Positions 12,818 to 24,952 of a stretch of 64,000 nt of DNA are shown here, piece after piece. Each line of letters starts with the position of its first letter. The stretch's first letter is position 1. A program made the position numbers and the translations under genes. A model generated the notes under the pieces. The model had not been told where the DNA came from, searched no databases, and worked only from the letters and a program-made list of their open reading frames with translations. This DNA comes from Mytilus edulis (taxonomy: Eukaryota), in assembly GCF_963676685.1 (NCBI RefSeq), contig NC_092347.1, positions 25,482,001 through 25,546,000 of the forward strand. The letters run 5' to 3'.

Positions 12818-13957
12818 CGTTTAAACATTAATTGCAACCTGATATTTTGTTTTAGAAAACAAGATCTTCAAAATTAATTCAAAAGGACATGAACAGTTTT
12901 AACCATTAATTTGTAATATCGATAGACTAATATTGTAAAGGCTGTACGATGACTTATGATGGCTAGGTACATCCTCATCCTTTGTCTCTGATGCCCATAT
13001 CTTTTTATCTTTATACCGTTGGAAAGTTTGGTGCTCTATTAAAACAACTTTTGAGTTCTGCTCTCCTTTTCCTTTTGCCATTTACATTTTTTTCTTTCTA
13101 ACTTTAAATTGCCCTGCATGTACCGAATACAATCAGTCCAGAAAATCACAAATTAGAACCAGGGTCCTACAGTATACCTATCAATGCAGTAAACATTAAG
13201 TTATCTTAGACATTTAAATATGAGAACCTTAAGTAGTAAACAAGTGATAGATTCAAAAAGCATATATTCGATGCACAATTAAAATTTGTAACCTTATTGC
13301 AATATATTGAACAATTACTCTAAGATGCCTGATTATTGTGTAATCATATGACCTAAGATTCAGCAGAGGGAGGTAACGTTGCAAGAACTTATTTATAATG
13401 GACTTTCCATTGAGAATCTTCCTTTAAGTTCGGTATTTTTGTTGTTTTCTTTTTTTTCAATTTATATTTTATTGAAATAAAATTTATTTGTTAAACTAGT
13501 TTACTTCATATTCCTTTATATTTTTTTTAATATCTCTACGTTTAACGTTTCTTTCGGAAAATGTTCAATATTGAATTATTCAATAGGTTTTTATTTAAGT
13601 GTCTATTAACCTTCAGTTTTTTGAACTGTGTTGACAAAAGTTCTGTATACATTTAAAATACTCCAATCATGAATCAAATCGTAAGAACTGTTGCACTTGT
13701 ATACATTAAATAAAGTAGATATAAGTATATGCATATCGAGTTGAATGACATAGTTTTTACGTGTAGGTGGTCGGAAATACCATAGAATTTTTAAAATAAA
13801 GAATACTTTTGTATATACTATCAAAGTAATACTAAAGGACAAAAACACTTGCATATGGTAAATGGAATCATAATAGTAAGTAAATGCATACATAGCACTT
13901 AATTTATATACTTAAAAGAAGTGTATCTATACATTATACATTTCCCCTTCTCCCAAA

Positions 13958-14215
13958 TGTTACCTACCGAATGAGACTATTAACGGGTTTGTGCTAACAT
14001 AAGGAACACGACGGATGTCACATGTGGAGAAGAATCTGCTTACCCTCCGGAGCACCTGAGATCATCCAAGTTTTGGTGGGGGAATTTTCCTGTTGCTACG
14101 TCTTTAATATTCTTTGTGTATTTTGCTTGTTTTTCTGTCTGTCTGTCTGTCTGTTTGTTTGTTTTCCTTTTTAGTTTTCGACTTGTTCCTCTGGTATCTT
14201 TCGCCTCTCTTTTTC
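13958..14215 (+). mobile_element. PLE 3'UTR fragment (paralogue at 27099-27330)
   Basis: cacatgtggagaagaatctgcttaccctccggagcacctgagatca matches the 3'UTR of 50227-50776. Further copies at 47780-48120 (rev), 49430-49640 and 50900-51100 (rev). Confidence 0.75.
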
Positions 14216-15532
14216 AAATATTTCTTCTTTGATATATCATCATTTTTATACACATGAAAATATTGCCTTTATTGAATTTAACAATACCTTTCGGAATTTT
14301 AAGTCTTTAGTCAGCCTGTCGATGTTATTTCAACATACAAATGGTGTGCACATTTCGCGTAAGCTCATATAAACATTATCGCCCGCATGTTTTTATAATC
14401 TGTTATTGCCGTTTACACGTTCACGAAGCGGGGAAAAGTATTGAATACATCTATATGGCAATAAGTGAGAAGGCTTGCTAAGATACCTTTTGGCTCGTTG
14501 AATTTCAAAATCAAAAAGTATTATTAATCTACCTTTTAACAGTACAATGTTACACCTTGAAAACACTTTAATTTACCGATCTCGATTTGATTTTGTATCA
14601 ACCATTTCACAGCACTCAATATGTAGCTTAGGTTTAGAGGACGTATGTGCCAAAGTGTTTGAAAGGAGTGGTTCAATAACTAGTACTTTTATGACTCTAT
14701 TTTGTAAGTCATACGTCAATACGTGTTCACAATTCTACTTTTTGCAGCAATGCTTAAAATATTGTTTGTTGTTGAGCCACTTACTATTATGATTTTGTAA
14801 TAAAAGACTAACAGCGAAATTAGCTTTCTTTAAATATTCATGAATATTTAAAACAATTATCGTAGGATGTAAACTTAAACTTGAGAAATAAAGAAATTTA
14901 AAAATAATTTGTAACAATTGTATACATTTCACATTTTTGGGAAGACGGTCTTTTCTATTAACCTACAGTTAAATCTAAAATTTACGTTGAACGAAATACT
15001 GAATGACAGCTGGTTCGTAATAGGAAGATTGAATGTGCAATTGTAATGTAATAGTTTAATGCACACTTAATGATGGAGATGTATTATAACTTTTTGCACT
15101 GCGAGGATTGACAAGTAAGAAAACTTGTATAATGGGCCCAATTAAATTCTTTACGGTCCATAAAACGTAAAGGATAGGTCCCACTCACTGTCTTACGACA
15201 TTTCCATATAGTTAAAGACCACTGTGTATCTTTGGATGATAATGCTATACAAAACAAACTTCAAATGGCATAAAACTAGGTGCGTCGATAGTGTATAATG
15301 CATCTTCAGTCATGCGAATTCTGAAGCAATCACTAGCAATTCTACCAAGACACGACACGTGCACTGGTTTACATTATAAAACTAGATTTGACTAGTTTTT
15401 AAAATGGAGGTGGTCGGAAATCCCATTTTTTTCAAAATCACATGACGTATTTTCAAGCTTTCATAAATGTTAATCATATTTAGAATTTTTTTCAAAGCTA
15501 TGACCATAGAATTTCGTTTTTATCTATATTAT

Positions 15533-15829
15533 ATGGGAGGGTTGAGATCTCATAAACCGCATTTTTGCGCCTGTCCCAAGTCAGGAGCTTCTGGCCTTTG
15601 TTAGTCTTGTATTATTTTTATTTTAATTTCTTGTGTACAATTTGGAGTTTATTATGGCGTTCATTATCACTGAACTAGTGTATATAATTGTTTATGAGGT
15701 GAAGGACGCCTCCGGATGCGGGAATTTCTCGCTGCATTGAAGACCTGTTGATGACCTTCTGTTGTTGTCTGTTCTATGGTCGGGTTGTTGTCTCTTTGAC
15801 ACATTCAGCATTTCCATTCTCAATTTTAT
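15533..15829 (+). mobile_element. 3' end of a PLE-family element (cctgtcccaagtcaggag...ttccattctcaatttt), unit-A-specific insertion
   Basis: Matches the reverse complement of 57647-57955. Shorter copies at 26847-26955 and 39578-39640 (rev). Confidence 0.8.
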
Positions 15830-16667
15830 AGTATATATTCATATGTAAACTTTAATGTCAAGGGTAATTCGTTGTTGTGTATGGAGATGCAGTATGCCGA
15901 ACTGTGCAGTATGTTTAGCAAAATATTTTTTGTTATCCTTTTTAACAATCATTGCATATCAATCTTCAAGTTTAAATATTTTAAATTCTTTTAGACCGAA
16001 CACTTAAATACTTTAATGGATAAATGCTTGAATTGATGATTAACATAGAAACATTCACCCCCTCCTCAATAATTAAAGGGAAATAAAAAAAAACAAATTA
16101 ATTACCCTAGATCTTCAAAATTTTTCTATGAAAACCTGATGAAGTCGTTTCTTACAAGTGTTGCTTATACGAAACCGCCTCAACAGTATGTCTCAAACTG
16201 AAATGCAGTTGTCTATAGCCATGTTTAAATTTTTGTTGTGTTTTATATAATTTAATACAAAAGACATATTTCCTGATTGTTTTAATGTATAATGAAGTGA
16301 CAGAATCGAGTCTTGCAAGTTAAATTATTTGAAAAATGTAAAAGAAATTAAAGAGAGCACGATAGCCTGCAAAAGAAGTATTTGAAATATAAATAATTCA
16401 ATAATTGCTTGAAATTTCATAATGCAGAAAAATATTTGTGGTTGCTACCGTATAATCTTTAACATTTATATTTAGGTCTTATGCTGCTAATTATTAATTT
16501 CTATACTATTTAAACTTCTGTAAACGTGTTACAATTTGAAAACGAAACGTGCATTTACGTCAACTAAATGTAATCATTAAATTATATATTCTTTGAGATC
16601 TAATCAATTGTGATAATCTTTGAAGTGTCAAGACTGTTCTAGATAACAAAAATACTTTGATCATACA

Positions 16668-16782
16668 TGTTCTTCAACTTCGTACATTATTTGGCCTTTT
16701 TAACTTTTTGGATTTGAGCGTCACTGATGAGTCTTTTGTAGACGAAACGCGCGTCTGGCGTAAATACAAAATGATGAGTTTA
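16668..16782 (+). mobile_element. Truncated retrozyme with an intact hammerhead at 16718-16761
   Basis: gcgtcaCTGATGAgtcttttgtagacGAAAcgcgcgtCtggcgt. Absent from unit B at about 29587. Confidence 0.9.
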
Positions 16783-16993
16783 CTGTGGATTCATAATTAT
16801 TCGTTGAATACCAATTTTCGTTGGTTTCGTGGGTACAAGTGAACCACGAATTCAAATGTTCAACGAATAACATATTTTCAATAGGCTTCGTATACAGAGA
16901 TTGGCAAAACCACGAAATTAAGTATCCACGAATATGCAAGTTTTTAGCAATCCACGAAAATAAATACCAACGATAATAAATGAATCCACAGTA
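16781..16993. mobile_element. MITE with terminal inverted repeats and flanking TA (Tc1/mariner-type)
   Basis: TActgtggattcat...atgaatccacagTA with internal ccacgaa repeats. Second copy at 26736-27061. Confidence 0.85.
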
Positions 16994-17747
16994 TTTGTTC
17001 CTGTCTCATTAGCGTATACCCTACATTTCTGTATACCAATTTAGATCTATTATAACGAAATGCATAATATCTAATGATTTGAATGTACTCAATCATTACA
17101 TATTTAGTAATTTTCATTAATATTATCAAAGGAAACATGCAACTATATATATTTTTTTTTTATCTAAATAATAGTTATAGAACCTTCAAAATTATACCAA
17201 ACATTTCTTTCCCTTCATATTTGTCCTACATTTATCAATTGAATGTTTTCATAAATATGTGCCGCTCACAAGCTGAAATTCTACATTTGATTAAAAAGTT
17301 TATTTCTACAAATGATATCTTCAATCTGTTTAGACTTTATCAGTTTTCATATACTTTTATGCATTAACACTATCAAAATGTATATCATTCCCAATCCCAT
17401 TAATGTTTAACAACGAAGTTTTGCAAAATCTGACCAATGTAAAAAAAAAACAGCATCAAAGGCTTATAACTTATAACGTCAGACACGCGTTTCGTCTACA
17501 TAATCTGAAAATAAGGCAGAAAAAAACAGTTGAGATTCGATTTATTTTTAACAATTTCTAAAGAGAAGGTCCACAGGAAAGTACTACAGAGATAATATTT
17601 TAGTATCCAAATACGCATTTCATCTACAAATATTTTAAGAATCATTTGTGTCAAATTAAAAAAGTTAAAAGGTCAAAGCAATGACAAAGTATACCAGTTC
17701 ATTCGTTCCCAAATTACATAACAGGTTTATAAACATAAAAAAAAATG

Positions 17748-18020
17748 GGGGAATTGTTTTTTAAACCAACTGTCGACATCCGTATGCAAACCAATCGTAT
17801 CCCTCGTCTAGCCAATGTGTGCGAGTGTTTGTTCGATGAAGTCTTATTAAACAAGAGCTCCTGAATTACAAAAGCAATAACTTGCAAAAGACTTCAACAT
17901 AACGATTCGCCATAAAGACAGTGTCTTCTCACTGAAATGTTTCAGATAAAGTGCTTGCCTTAATTTTTACTTCCATCAAGAAATTGACAGCGAGGGTCGG
18001 TTGAGAACTAAAGTCGGCAA
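17748..18020 (+). mobile_element. Degenerate PLE RT-core fragment (paralogue at 29888-30170)
   Basis: The unit-B copy reads GG.V..PTVNIFMETN and LKQELMNKKSKKLAKVLNITFRHKDNIFSCNNS, a decayed form of GGRVFQQTVGIPMGTNC...KKLA.SFNFTFRYIDDVLSLNNS. Confidence 0.7.
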
Positions 18021-19591
18021 CCTGTGGCCTTTTTGGTCTTGTATGGGTTTTTTTAAATTAATAAGTAGTCCGTTCGTATTGTATATTGTTAATCTATTGG
18101 TCATAAAAGTAGCTTAAATTGAAATGATCGAGAAATATGTTTTTGTTGATAATAAATAGAGTTTTGTTTTTCATCATTGTTTTACGCACCCCTGTTCCAT
18201 ATTGTTAATTCCCATTGAGAACAGAAAACTCTAAGAACTTTCATATAAATTATATATAACTTACTCAAGGCTTTGTGGTATGAAGTGACACGTGGAAGGA
18301 AAATTGTTTCCGATTTAGTTGTTTCTATGTTTAAAAGCACCTTTATAACCTTTGCCTATAATACGTGTGATGTTTGTAAAAAAAATAGTGGTTAAAATCC
18401 TTAATTGTCATTACATATAAAAAAGATTTAAACTGATATTAGTTGGAGATATAGATTTACAAAATAAACTTATATCGGCGATGACATTCTTTTCTAGTAC
18501 GCTGATATAGTAATATGACTAAGGCATGCGATTTGTACTTTATAAAAAAACAAATGATCAGTTCACGGTAACTTTTACACAACCAAACCAGGGTTCAATT
18601 ATAAAATGTGATTGTTTTAATGGTAGTTCGACAACCAGATTACGCAATCACCTTTTTATTATTGATCTGTTAAGTTAGTCCAGTACTCCAATAAAAATCA
18701 ATAATAAAACAAAACCAACGACTTTATTATCCCTATGGATACATATATAAAAACTATACAATTTTCATGCCAAACAACACATGTGTACTAGTACAAATTA
18801 AATAAGATCACAGATAAACCTGCAGTCTATTATTATATAAAAAAGATTATGTATGCTAATTTTCATTCATTCTTTATTCGAAAATATTTTTTACTTAAGC
18901 CCTGTCTCAATTAGCTCACCTGTATTTACTTTTCGATGTAAAGGTATTTAAGAAATCTTTTGTTTAGGGGCAGGGGTTGAATCCATTTCTCTAGATGGAA
19001 TTTGCAAAATATAATAGCATATTGTTAGTAACTTAACATCCAGAGGCGAATGTTGCATGCATTTGCGAGGAATAAATCAACTAATTGATCGAAAAAGTAG
19101 TAAGTAAGAAAGTTTAAGATTATAACACAATGCTGACTGCTGTATTGCTATTTTTGACATTTTTACCTATTATGTCTGTTTGGTTTTTCCACACACCGTT
19201 GTCAATATAATGGAAGTTGGTGCAACTGTCATACAAGTGCGGGTTTAGCTAGCTATAAGAACTGGTTAAGTCCACTATTTTCTACATAAGAAAATGTCGG
19301 TTTCCAGTTAGGAATATGACATTTGTTATCCATTCGTTTGATGAGTTTGAGCTTTTGAATTTGACAGTCGATCAGGGACTTTCTGTTCTGAGTTTTCCTC
19401 GAAGTTCAGTATATTTGTGATTTTACTTTTTTCTAACAAAACTAGTTTAATACCTCTATATGTTAAGGAGTTGTCCCAGGTCGTTAATCACATCAATGTT
19501 TTTCTTCTTCATGAATGTTTACAAAATGAAAATGCTGACTGATATATAGAACTTATTTTATTCCAAACGTATCAAGATCGGGGATAATGTT

Positions 19592-19927
19592 GATCAAAAA
19601 CAGTTATAAAACCAAACAGGTACAAAGTTGAAGAGCATTGAGGACCCAAAATTCCAAAAACTTGCCAAATACGGCTGATGTAATATATTCTTTGGATAAG
19701 AAAATCCTTAGTTTTTCGAAAAATTCAATGTTTTGTAAACAGGAAATTTATAAAAATGACCATATAATTGAAATTCATGTCAACACCGAAGTGCTGACTA
19801 CTGGGCTGGTGATACCCTCGGGGACGAAACGTCTACAAGCAGTGGCATCGACCCAGTGGTTGAAATAGTTATCAAAGGTACCATGATTATTATTTAATAC
19901 GCCAGACGCGCGTTTCGTCTACAAAAC
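19592..19927 (-). mobile_element. Retrozyme monomer on the minus strand, hammerhead truncated
   Basis: acgccagacgcgcgtttcgtctacaa is the reverse complement of the hammerhead 3' half. The body is the reverse complement of 59893-60165. Confidence 0.85.
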
Positions 19928-20687
19928 TTGTCATTATAAATGATGACCGTATGTTTTAGTCTCGGTTAATGTCTTCTTTTTGGCAATCCTACTTGCATTT
20001 CTCTTTATTCGTAGATAAAAACTGAAACATCGAATAAATCACGTATCTAGACAGCATTGATTTACACAGATATGTCAAATAGGTCGTTGTCTTTTTCTGG
20101 AGTTCAGTATCCATTTAATGCTTTAAAAAAGAGTCATTCATGTATCTTATCTCATCAATAGAAGATTTGTTGTTATTACTAGATACTCATTTATTTGGTC
20201 AGTGTAATTATACTAAAGTTTTTTTTTTTTTTTTGTAAATAAAACATTTTACCCCGAATCAATTGACACAGTGTGGTTTTATTTTTCATATATCTTTCAA
20301 ATATTTTATACTGAACAGAGAAATAAACACAATTATTTCCATAAAATGGACTTTGATATTTTTTATGAATGTTAAATGCGTTTTAACAGTGAGTGAAGTT
20401 AACTCGATATTACCGATTTATGTAAATCGTTCCAAAATCAACGACATAAAATATCTTCATATGAACAATAGATAAAGAAAGATATTTGGCAAAAATGGAT
20501 GACTTTGCATGAGTGTAAATCCAGAAAAGCACTTTGGACCGGCACCAAATTTAGACATCTTTATTTGCTTGCACTAGATAGATACCGCTGATGAAGACTG
20601 TGTGTCAACGATGGTAGTGCGGCGGGATTAATTCCCTAGAAAATATGGTAGATCCTTGTCAGCCGTAAGCGGTTGAGCTAAAGAAGT

Positions 20688-20760
20688 ACTTCTATAGCTC
20701 AGTCGGTAAACGCGCTGCCTTGTAACACAGAGGTTCCGGATTCGAGTCTCGGTGTAGACA
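20688..20760 (+). pseudogene. tRNA-like sequence (degenerate; TGT/Thr-like loop), tRNA pseudogene or SINE head
   Basis: tagctcagtcggta (A box), cttgtaa loop, ggattcgagtctc (B-box-like). Acceptor and anticodon stems pair poorly. Confidence 0.55.
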
Positions 20761-22402
20761 AGCAATATTGTAATGAAATTCATTGAAGGCCATACATTGA
20801 CCTATAATGGTTTACTTTTATAAACTGTTATTTGGATGGAGAGTTTTCTCATTGGCACTCATACCACATCTTCCTATATCTATCTCCGGTTACAGTTCCA
20901 TCAACTCAACAGTCAGTGCTTCGGTATTGACATTATCTTTAACTATCAAACTTGCTTGTCTAAATTTATCCGTTTATAACTTAAAACTCCCAGCCCTCAT
21001 GTTAAGTTGACCTTTGGATGGATTTGAAACTTTAAAACAAAATTGAACCAACAAATTAGTCGGTGATCTAAGATCAAGAAATTTAAATCTGTAAACATTT
21101 CTTTCTCAATTAAACAAAAGTTCCATAAGTATTAAATCTGTATTCACTTTATGATCAATATTTTAATAGTCATTTAGGCCAGGTTAAATTTAAGTGATTT
21201 GAACGAGATTATCCCTTTACGGTTACCATGAAAATTATATCTAGGAAACAATGAAGTTGACAACTTTGTGATGTCTTTGTTTTTCTTCGGAGTTCAATAT
21301 TATCCGTACGCTTAAAATTCATCCACATTTTATCTTTTCAATCTTTGTCTATATTATATCTAAATACCAGTCACTATGAAATAGTTGTTGTTGTTTACAA
21401 GTTGAACTTTTCATTCTGATTTATCTACATGTAAAAATAGTGTTTATCTCGATTCTAATTCTTAACCGAGTTTCGGTCTTCAACAAATATTGAAAAGTAC
21501 AGTGAATTCGCCTGTTCATTATGCGATGGTGTACTTTTAAATCTTCACTTTTATAGCTGCATTTATGTGACTAGATTACAGCTTTGAAATGGTGTAAACA
21601 AAAAACAAAGACCGACCATAATCATAGTGTGTAGCTTGTTTCAAGTCATATGAAACAAGTTGCTGGTAATTGTAATGTCCTCTGTGCACGTTTTTATGAC
21701 ATTTAATACGAATCCATACTGTATTATCGAAAACAATTAAGTCATTCGTTAATTTATGATCGAATACTTTGACTGTTGAAAAAACTTTCGGATATTGAAG
21801 TTGGCTTTTACTTTCGTCGTTGTTTTTCGCCGAACATTTAACGATATATGTCGTGTTTTAAAATACTGCTGCACACGGAAACGTTATCGGCGAAGTAAGG
21901 GAAGACAATATTTCAATACCAATATATTTTCTGAAGATTTTGAAAAATTAAGGCATGTTTATCGTTAAAAGAAAATATAATATGTACACATTCTTATGAT
22001 GAAAATTATTGATTGAGTTATATAAAACATATCTATCTTTATTGTTAGATTTGAAGGATCATATGACTATGATTACATGTTCATTCGTTTGCAAATTTTA
22101 TGAATAACTCTTTTTTAAATCCAATTTCCTGTTTCATAGACATTTCTCGGTAGTAATTTGTGATTTCCGTGTGAATCTTTTATAAATTTACATCGTTCCA
22201 ATGTATGCTTTGTAAAGAAAATGATACAGAAACACTTTAACAGACAATACAGATACTGACCTAATTTTTCATCCGACATCTTGGGATGACCGTGAATACA
22301 GTTACGGTCATCAGCTTTACCCCAGTGATTATGGCACATAAACAATTTGCAAGCTTTACTGATCGAGAAATACTTTTCGACTTGTATAAGATTAGTACCG
22401 AT

Positions 22403-22750
22403 ATCATCAGCTCAGTAGTCAGTATTTCGGTACTGACATGATTTAACAAACTACTAAAAGTGTCCGTTTATAAATTTTGAAATTATTGAGAAAAAAAGGT
22501 TTCAACCCCCTGAGGCAAAGTTGGCTTGAGATGAATTTGGCTATTTATTTTAGGTATTTTGGACATATAGCTCTTCAACGGTTTCGGTACTTATACATCT
22601 TCGGATTTCAAATGCTTGGCTTTGAGCGTTCCTGATGAAGGTAAATCCAGAAAAGCGCTACGGACGCAAGAAATTAATAAACGATGAAGGTAAATCCAGA
22701 AAAGCGCTACGGACGCAAGAAATTAATAAACGTGTTGTTTTCAAAATTGT
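22403..22750 (+). mobile_element. Second retrozyme subfamily with hammerhead at 22626-22667 and a 49-bp tandem duplication
   Basis: gcgttc-CTGATGA-agg(taaat)cca-GAA-aagcgcta-C-ggacgc, stem I gcgttc/ggacgc. The body shares blocks with subfamily 1 (cagtagtcag, gacatga, gctcttcaac). 22634-22682 is repeated at 22683-22731. Empty site in unit A at about 11555. Confidence 0.8.
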
Positions 22751-24039
22751 AACAGTTCATATGCATATTGATATTGTAAAATATCAGATACAGACAACAA
22801 TAGGGAGCTTTTTGGGGAGTGGACAGCGAGCGAGTTCATAAATGCATCATTATGTATTATACAGCTAACATTGTACAATATGATGAAAATCTGATATTAG
22901 ATTTATTTGATTATATTCATGTGATTTTCATCACATAAAAACTGTTTTTTTTATTGAACCATCAAACCCGACATCAATTGAAAAGTAAGGGTCAAACTTG
23001 TCAACGTCAGGTCAAACATTATGACGTCGGTGATAACTCCGGTCAAGTTTATTTAACGTCACAATGTTGTGATAAGCAATTTTGTTACGAGCTGTGCAGA
23101 TTTATTTAGATACAAAGAAGATGATATTATTTAATTTTTCTTTCGTATAGAAATTTAAGAGTACACAACAAGAATACCTGTAATCGTGGAAATCTAATTC
23201 TGCTTTGTGATGACATCAAATATGATATTTGCCTTGATCTTACAATATATTAGGAAGAGTTATTCGCATGAACGATCATATGCTCGAATTATGTAAAACT
23301 TACAAAACTTTTCTGAATGATATGTAATTACAGATATCAGTTGCTGGGACTTCTTTTAATTGAAATACAGATTTATAATTAGCCTAAAGCTAGTGATTAT
23401 TTAAAAGCATAGGCCATGACATACCTTTATAATGAACTTAAGTCGATAATACAGCTTGAGACAAACTGCTTGCTTTATGCTTTTTTTCTAACTGCTTGCT
23501 TTATGCTAAATTTTTAAAATTGTTTGTATAAACATTGAACGACAAAAATATGTGACGTATAAAATTTTCTGACGTCAGACACGCGAATCGATGAATGTGT
23601 TTGTAGAATGATGTTTTTGTGTTCTGTTAAATTGTTCCTTTTAAAATTGTTACACGATGATGACTGTTGTACCCTTATTTGACTATTTTATTTATTATGT
23701 CTGTTTAGTTCACGCATCATTGTAAATATAACGGAATTTTATGAGACTGTCAACAAAGTGAGAGGGTTAGCGCTATAAAAATAGGTTTAATCCACCATTT
23801 TCTACATTTGAAAATGCCTGTACCAAGTCCGGAATATGACAGTTCTTGTCCATTCGTTATTGATGGGCTTAGTCATTTAAGTATAAATTAATCAAATATT
23901 ACATGTTTCTGACAAACTCTGATCAAGAAACTTTTAATTTCATGATACTACTGTATTCCACTAAAAAGCATGTGCCCATCAGCTTACCAACAATGTCACA
24001 AAGCCACTAATGACACAATTCACATTTTGTTTCTTTCTA

Positions 24040-24744
24040 GCACAATACAAAGATTTTTCATCCCAAATCAGACAACTTTAAACTGATGTAATTCCAGTCA
24101 TCCTTCTTTATATTTTATAAATGAGGTACCAAAAGAAAGAAGAAAGATTAATCTTTCAAATTGTGATAATTTCATTATGACATAATTATTATATAATTAA
24201 TTATTATGTAGTTAGTTGCTATATTGTGATGTCTACACTTGAATGAATTTAGCTTCTTTGTTCTTCATAGCATCCCAAAATATTTTATAGATTCTTGTAC
24301 AACACAGCTTGACCTCCAAAACTGTGTCTCAGATTTCCAAAAACATCAATAGAACAAATTTGATACCCCATTGAATTTAGTGGTCTCTTATGAATTGATG
24401 TTGCAAACTTCATTGAAGATTTATGAGAGAATGAAATACAATAGGAAAAATCTGAGACACAGTTTTGGAGGTCAAACTGTGTTGTGCAAGAATCTATAAA
24501 ATATTTCGGGATGCTATGAATAACAAAGAAGCTAAATTCATTCAAGTGTAGACATCACAATATAGCAACTAATTACATAATAATTAATTATATAATAATT
24601 ATGTCATAATGAAATTATCACAATTTGAAAGATTAATCTTTCTTCTTTCTTTTGGTACCTCATTTATAAAATATAAAGAAGGATGACTGGAATTACATCA
24701 GTTTAAAGTTGTCTGATTGGGGATGAAAAATCTTTGTATTGTGC
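24040..24744. mobile_element. Foldback/long-TIR non-autonomous DNA transposon: 297-bp arms, 111-bp spacer, TA duplication
   Basis: 24040-24336 is the near-perfect reverse complement of 24448-24744, flanked TA|gcac...gtgc|TA. The empty site with a single TA is in unit A at about 13100. Confidence 0.92.
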
Positions 24745-24952
24745 TACCATAAATGCCCTGCATGAACCTAATAAAATCAGTCCGAAAACAATCACAAAAT
24801 GCAACCAAATGACGACAGTTTATATGTCAATGAAGTAAACAATTAGTTATCTTAGACATTTAGATATGAATACCTTAAGTAGCAAACAAGTGATAGCTCT
24901 AAAAAGCATATATTCAATGCACCATTAAAATTTGTAACCTTATTCCAACATA

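Larger units (their letters stand above)
11480..22110 (+). repeat. Segmental tandem duplication, unit A (~10.6 kb)
   Basis: Collinear diverged matches to 22325-34310, e.g. 11574 vs 22772, 13765 vs 26577, 16260 vs 29190, 18259 vs 30583, 19930 vs 31850, 22050 vs 34250. Confidence 0.92.

Noticed and set aside
16135-16190. CTGATGA...GAAA resembling another hammerhead
   Set aside because: No convincing stem I, II or III, and the core is not conserved in the paralogue (about 29025).
20688-20760. Functional tRNA-Thr gene
   Set aside because: The cloverleaf stems pair poorly, so it is kept only as a tRNA-derived remnant.
22634-22731. CRISPR-like array (also considered 46543-46664 and 49830-50130)
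   Set aside because: Simple tandem duplications without unique spacers; no cas genes; eukaryotic DNA.
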